Below are positions 1-1,268 of a DNA stretch of 1,268 bases, in pieces (positions within the stretch are counted from its first letter, which is position 1; each line of letters begins with the position of its first letter). The notes below the pieces were generated by a model that was not told the origin of the DNA, searched no databases, and saw only the letters and a list, made by a program, of their open reading frames with translations. The DNA is taken from the NCBI GenBank assembly GCA_000004985.1, contig GG739466.1. One strand, written 5' to 3'. The position numbers and the translations under genes were made by a program. Origin of the DNA: Naegleria gruberi (lineage: Eukaryota).

Positions 1-2
1 AG

Positions 3-302
3 GCAGATAAAGAAAATGATCAAGCATTTGGTATTCGTTTAGATATCACCTTATTTAAAGAAATAGCTAGACAATTTTGTTTACTTGGAATACAGGAATT
101 GAACGCAGAATCATCTTTACTGAATATACGGGAGTTTATTGGAAGAGTTTCGATTGGGCCCCCACTTTATAATTATGCAGTGAAATTTAAAGCAATTGGT
201 TTATTACGTGAATTTTATGAGAAGAGAAGATCTGAGTCTAACGACCAAAATGAAATAGAAGAATATCGTTGTTTACGTGATAGCTTGGATAGGCTTCATT
301 AA
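3..302 (+). CDS. 3' end (C-terminal ~100 aa) of a protein-coding gene entering from the left edge; product unknown
   Basis: Frame 3 is open from base 3 to TAA at 300-302 with no stop (100 codons). The translation is ADKENDQAFGIRLDITLFKEIARQFCLLGIQELNAESSLLNIREFIGRVSIGPPLYNYAVKFKAIGLLREFYEKRRSESNDQNEIEEYRCLRDSLDRLH*. A stop-free run this long is unlikely by chance in AT-rich sequence. A second TAA follows immediately at 303-305. The ORF-track start at 99 is TTG, and the frame stays open upstream of it, so the true start lies outside the window. I recognise no family. Confidence 0.45.
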   Translation, partial: ADKENDQAFGIRLDITLFKEIARQFCLLGIQELNAESSLLNIREFIGRVSIGPPLYNYAVKFKAIGLLREFYEKRRSESNDQNEIEEYRCLRDSLDRLH

Positions 303-312
303 TAATTATTAA
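299..312. repeat. 14-bp perfect all-AT palindrome TTAATAATTATTAA spanning the tandem TAA TAA stops of the + strand gene
   Basis: The sequence equals its own reverse complement. It overlaps stop codons 300-302 and 303-305. It has no G/C, so any hairpin would be weak. Function is unknown. Confidence 0.5.
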
Positions 313-556
313 TACGTAGCTGAGATGTGATAGCATTAGAAACGAAAATGGATAAGGAGTTTTTGGATAAGATTGTTGTGGAAAGCGAACCATTAATTAA
401 AACACCAATTTCTTAGGAGGAAGAGACCTTTTTGAAGATTTAAGTTATTATCTCACGTAAAAAAGCATTCAAAAATTAATAGATTTAAAGATACGTGTGA
501 TGATTTTCAGTTCAATCTAGGAAGATAGCATCAATCAAGAGATTAATGTTAAAATA

Positions 557-799
557 ATGGAGTATTGTGTGGGAATATTGGTTTCTGATGATATTAATGT
601 TGGTTTTGAAGAACTATGTGGAAATATGTATTGTTCGATGTTAAAGGATTTTGCTAAGGAATTGAAGGAAGTAGGAAATAGGTTAATATCTCCAGACTTG
701 GAACAGATCCTTGATGATGAAATTGAATCAGTCGCCATAATGAATGCCAAAGATTACTATGATTACTATGGTTCAACAGTTTTAGTTTTAGTGCTTTGA
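557..799 (+). CDS. hypothetical 80-aa ORF (ATG 557-559, TGA 797-799); no recognisable family
   Basis: ATG at 557 is the first Met after an in-frame TAG at 518-520. The composition is protein-like, acidic with a hydrophobic C-terminal VLVLVL, and not low-complexity. There is no Shine-Dalgarno upstream, only an A-rich AAAATAATGG context. The stop abuts the end of the opposite-strand NHL/EGF reading. The 9-bp tandem duplication at 752-769 encodes DYYDYY. There is no homology support, so confidence is low. Confidence 0.3.
   Translation: MEYCVGILVSDDINVGFEELCGNMYCSMLKDFAKELKEVGNRLISPDLEQILDDEIESVAIMNAKDYYDYYGSTVLVLVL
752..769. repeat. perfect 9-bp tandem duplication GATTACTAT x2
   Basis: Bases 752-760 and 761-769 are both GATTACTAT. 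The duplication is in frame in ORF 557..799 and gives Asp-Tyr-Tyr-Asp-Tyr-Tyr. Confidence 0.85.
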
Positions 800-828
800 T
801 TAACGATATGAATCAGGTTCACAGCTAC

Positions 829-948
829 CTTGGGACGAACACTCCCAATACAGTTTCCTCTTCCAGAGCAAACAGTTGAGTTCTTATTAGTTTCTCCAAA
901 ACATTGATATTCACAAGTTCCATTAATTAGAATGCCATTTTCTGAGCA
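829..948 (-). CDS. EGF-like / cysteine-rich extracellular module segment (degenerate; 4-5 Cys)
   Basis: NGILINGTCEYQCFGETNKNSTVCSGRGNCIGSVRPK has the spacing C-x3-C-x10-C-SGRGN-C. There is an N-x-T sequon (NST). The segment continues after a frame change as G-S-C-EPDSYR*. The region is open only after a TGA at 949-951 (- strand) in this frame. Confidence 0.4.
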
Positions 949-1171
949 TCAAGGGATAAGTTTCTAATTCTCTTATTCCACTTCCAGCAATTGTGGAAAT
1001 ATAGCCATTTGTGCTTATTTTGCGAGTTCTGTGATTATTATTGTCGGCAGCAATTAGTATTGCACCATTTTCTTGAATTACAATTCCATTAGGATAATTT
1101 AATTGTGCACTTGTGGCCAAAATACCTCCATTATATCCTCCTGCTGCAGTCGACTTCTTTGATTGTAATAA
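923..1171 (-). CDS. NHL-repeat segment, stop-to-stop open frame (contains the 65-aa ORF-track entry 923..1120, whose 'M' is a TTG)
   Basis: The frame is open from just after TGA (1172-1174, - strand) to TAA (923-925). It encodes one complete about 47-aa NHL repeat (GGYNGG ILATSAQLNYPNGIVIQENGAILIAADNNNHRTRKISTNGYISTIAGSG). The frame stays open upstream of the TTG, so the annotated start is an artefact of start-codon choice. Confidence 0.6.
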   Translation of the reverse strand, partial: LLQSKKSTAAGGYNGGILATSAQLNYPNGIVIQENGAILIAADNNNHRTRKISTNGYISTIAGSGIRELETYPLMLRKWHSN

Positions 1172-1250
1172 TCAACAATATAAATTTCACCAATTGAACT
1201 AATTGACACACTAAATGGATAGTTTGCCTGAGCATTTGTGGCCAATCCAC
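1101..1250. repeat. intragenic direct repeat (NHL repeat unit at DNA level) with 125-nt period
   Basis: Bases 1103-1125 (TTGTGCACTTGTGGCCAAAATACC) and 1228-1250 (CTGAGCATTTGTGGCCAATCCACC) share about 80% identity, including an identical 10-mer at 1111-1120 and 1236-1245. The offset is 125 nt, and 125 mod 3 = 2. Confidence 0.6.
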
Positions 1251-1268
1251 CATGTGATATTGTAGAGA
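1156..1268 (-). CDS. upstream NHL-repeat segment in a different frame (-1 relative to 923..1171), running off the right edge
   Basis: The translation ...GGLATNAQANYPFSVSISSIGEIYIVDYYNQR is a second NHL repeat. It matches the downstream copy (ILATSAQLNYPNGIV...IAADNNNHR) at both protein and DNA level. For example, TTGTGGCCAA occurs at 1111-1120 and at 1236-1245. Confidence 0.5.

Larger units (their letters stand above)
800..1268 (-). pseudogene. NHL-repeat plus EGF-like cysteine-rich protein gene, 5' part outside the window; reading frame interrupted three times (pseudogene, or an indel-laden or micro-intron-containing gene)
   Basis: The - strand translation gives frame c 1268->~1159 = STISHGGLATNAQANYPFSVSISSIGEIYIVDYYNQ. 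Frame b 1171->923 = SKKSTAAGGYNGGILATSAQLNYPNGIVIQENGAILIAADNNNHRTRKISTNGYISTIAGSGIRELETYPLMLRKWHSN*. Frame c 948->829 = CSENGILINGTCEYQCFGETNKNSTVCSGRGNCIGSVRPK. Frame b 829->800 = GSCEPDSYR*. The motifs L.YP.G, IAD..N.R.RKI and G.I.T.AG.G are the NHL-repeat consensus. CSGRGNC is the hallmark core of tenascin/integrin-type EGF modules. No single frame is continuous. Confidence 0.5.

Noticed and set aside
99-101. ORF-track start codons at 99 (+) and 1120 (-)
   Set aside because: Both are TTG, and both frames remain open upstream, to base 3 and to 1171 respectively. They are artefacts of permissive start calling, not translation starts.
303-556. tRNA/ncRNA, CRISPR array or mobile-element ends in the spacer
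   Set aside because: There are no cloverleaf-compatible GC-rich stems. I saw no repeated direct repeats with spacers. I saw no terminal inverted repeats or target-site duplications. Only short AT palindromes were found (TTAATTAA at 403-410).
535-750. 71-aa - strand ORF from the six-frame track
   Set aside because: The translation is low-complexity and Ser/Ile-rich (DSISSSRICSKSGD...SSSKPTLISSETNIPTQYSIIL). The ORF is entirely antisense to the more protein-like + ORF 557..799. It has no motif or homology signal. It is most likely a shadow ORF of AT-rich sequence.
1156-1171. Intron explanation for the first frame change (c->b)
   Set aside because: The only phase-compatible GT...AG pairs that retain the conserved IYIVDYYNQ and STAAGG segments span 11-14 nt. 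That is below any plausible spliceosomal intron size. Longer candidates would delete the conserved core of the NHL repeat.
1203-1208. Perfect sigma70 -35 hexamer TTGACA on the + strand
   Set aside because: There is no TATAAT-like -10 at 16-19 bp downstream (the region reads GCCTGA, CCTGAG). It also lies inside the - strand NHL coding region and is not upstream of any + ORF.
1-1268. Ciliate (Tetrahymena/Paramecium) nuclear genetic code with TAA/TAG = Gln
   Set aside because: This is tempting because NHL+EGF surface proteins and AT-richness are ciliate-like. Under that code gene 3..302 would extend to TGA at 321-323. However, the confident coding frames contain 7 Gln codons, all CAA or CAG, and zero in-frame TAA or TAG. 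That is improbable where TAR encodes a large fraction of Gln. The spacer GC content is also similar to the coding GC content, unlike ciliate intergenic DNA.

Overview
This is a 1268-bp AT-rich window, roughly 30-35% GC by eye. I found no rRNA, tRNA or CRISPR signature. Three coding elements are supportable.

(1) On the + strand, frame 3 is open from the left window edge (base 3) to a TAA at 300-302 (100 codons). It reads as the C-terminal end of a gene that enters from upstream. The 'M' at base 99 in the ORF track is a TTG, not a real start.

(2) On the - strand, a gene enters from the right edge. It encodes canonical NHL repeats, seen as 'GGLATNAQANYP...IYIVDYYNQ' and 'GGYNGG-ILATSAQLNYPNGIVIQENGAILIAADNNNHRTRKISTNGYISTIAGSG'. 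These are followed by an EGF-like cysteine-rich segment, 'NGILINGTCEYQCFGETNKNSTVCSGRGNCIGSVRPK...SCEPDSYR*'. This reading is not contiguous. The frame changes at about 1158-1160 (c to b), at 925-948 (b to c; alternatively one 40-nt GT-AG micro-intron at 942-981) and at about 827-834 (c to b). It ends at the TAA at 800-802. That is three frame disruptions in about 470 nt. All three fall at short homopolymer runs. This points to either a decaying pseudogene or indel errors, with at most one of them explicable as a tiny intron.

(3) An 80-aa ATG-initiated + strand ORF at 557-799 has no recognisable family. Its TGA at 797-799 directly abuts the - strand TAA at 800-802, reading TGATTA, so the two genes are convergent with zero spacing.

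All seven Gln codons in the confident coding frames are CAA or CAG, and none is an in-frame TAA or TAG. This argues for the standard code rather than a Tetrahymena/Paramecium-type code, despite the ciliate-like NHL+EGF architecture.

Minor structures are a 9-bp perfect tandem duplication at 752-769 and a 14-bp all-AT palindrome over the stop codons of gene 1 at 299-312. There is also a 125-nt (not a multiple of 3) intragenic repeat period in the NHL region. This independently records the -1 frame slip. Two Shine-Dalgarno-like motifs in the 303-556 spacer have no ORFs downstream.

I cannot decide from sequence alone whether the source is a low-GC bacterium or an AT-rich eukaryote.
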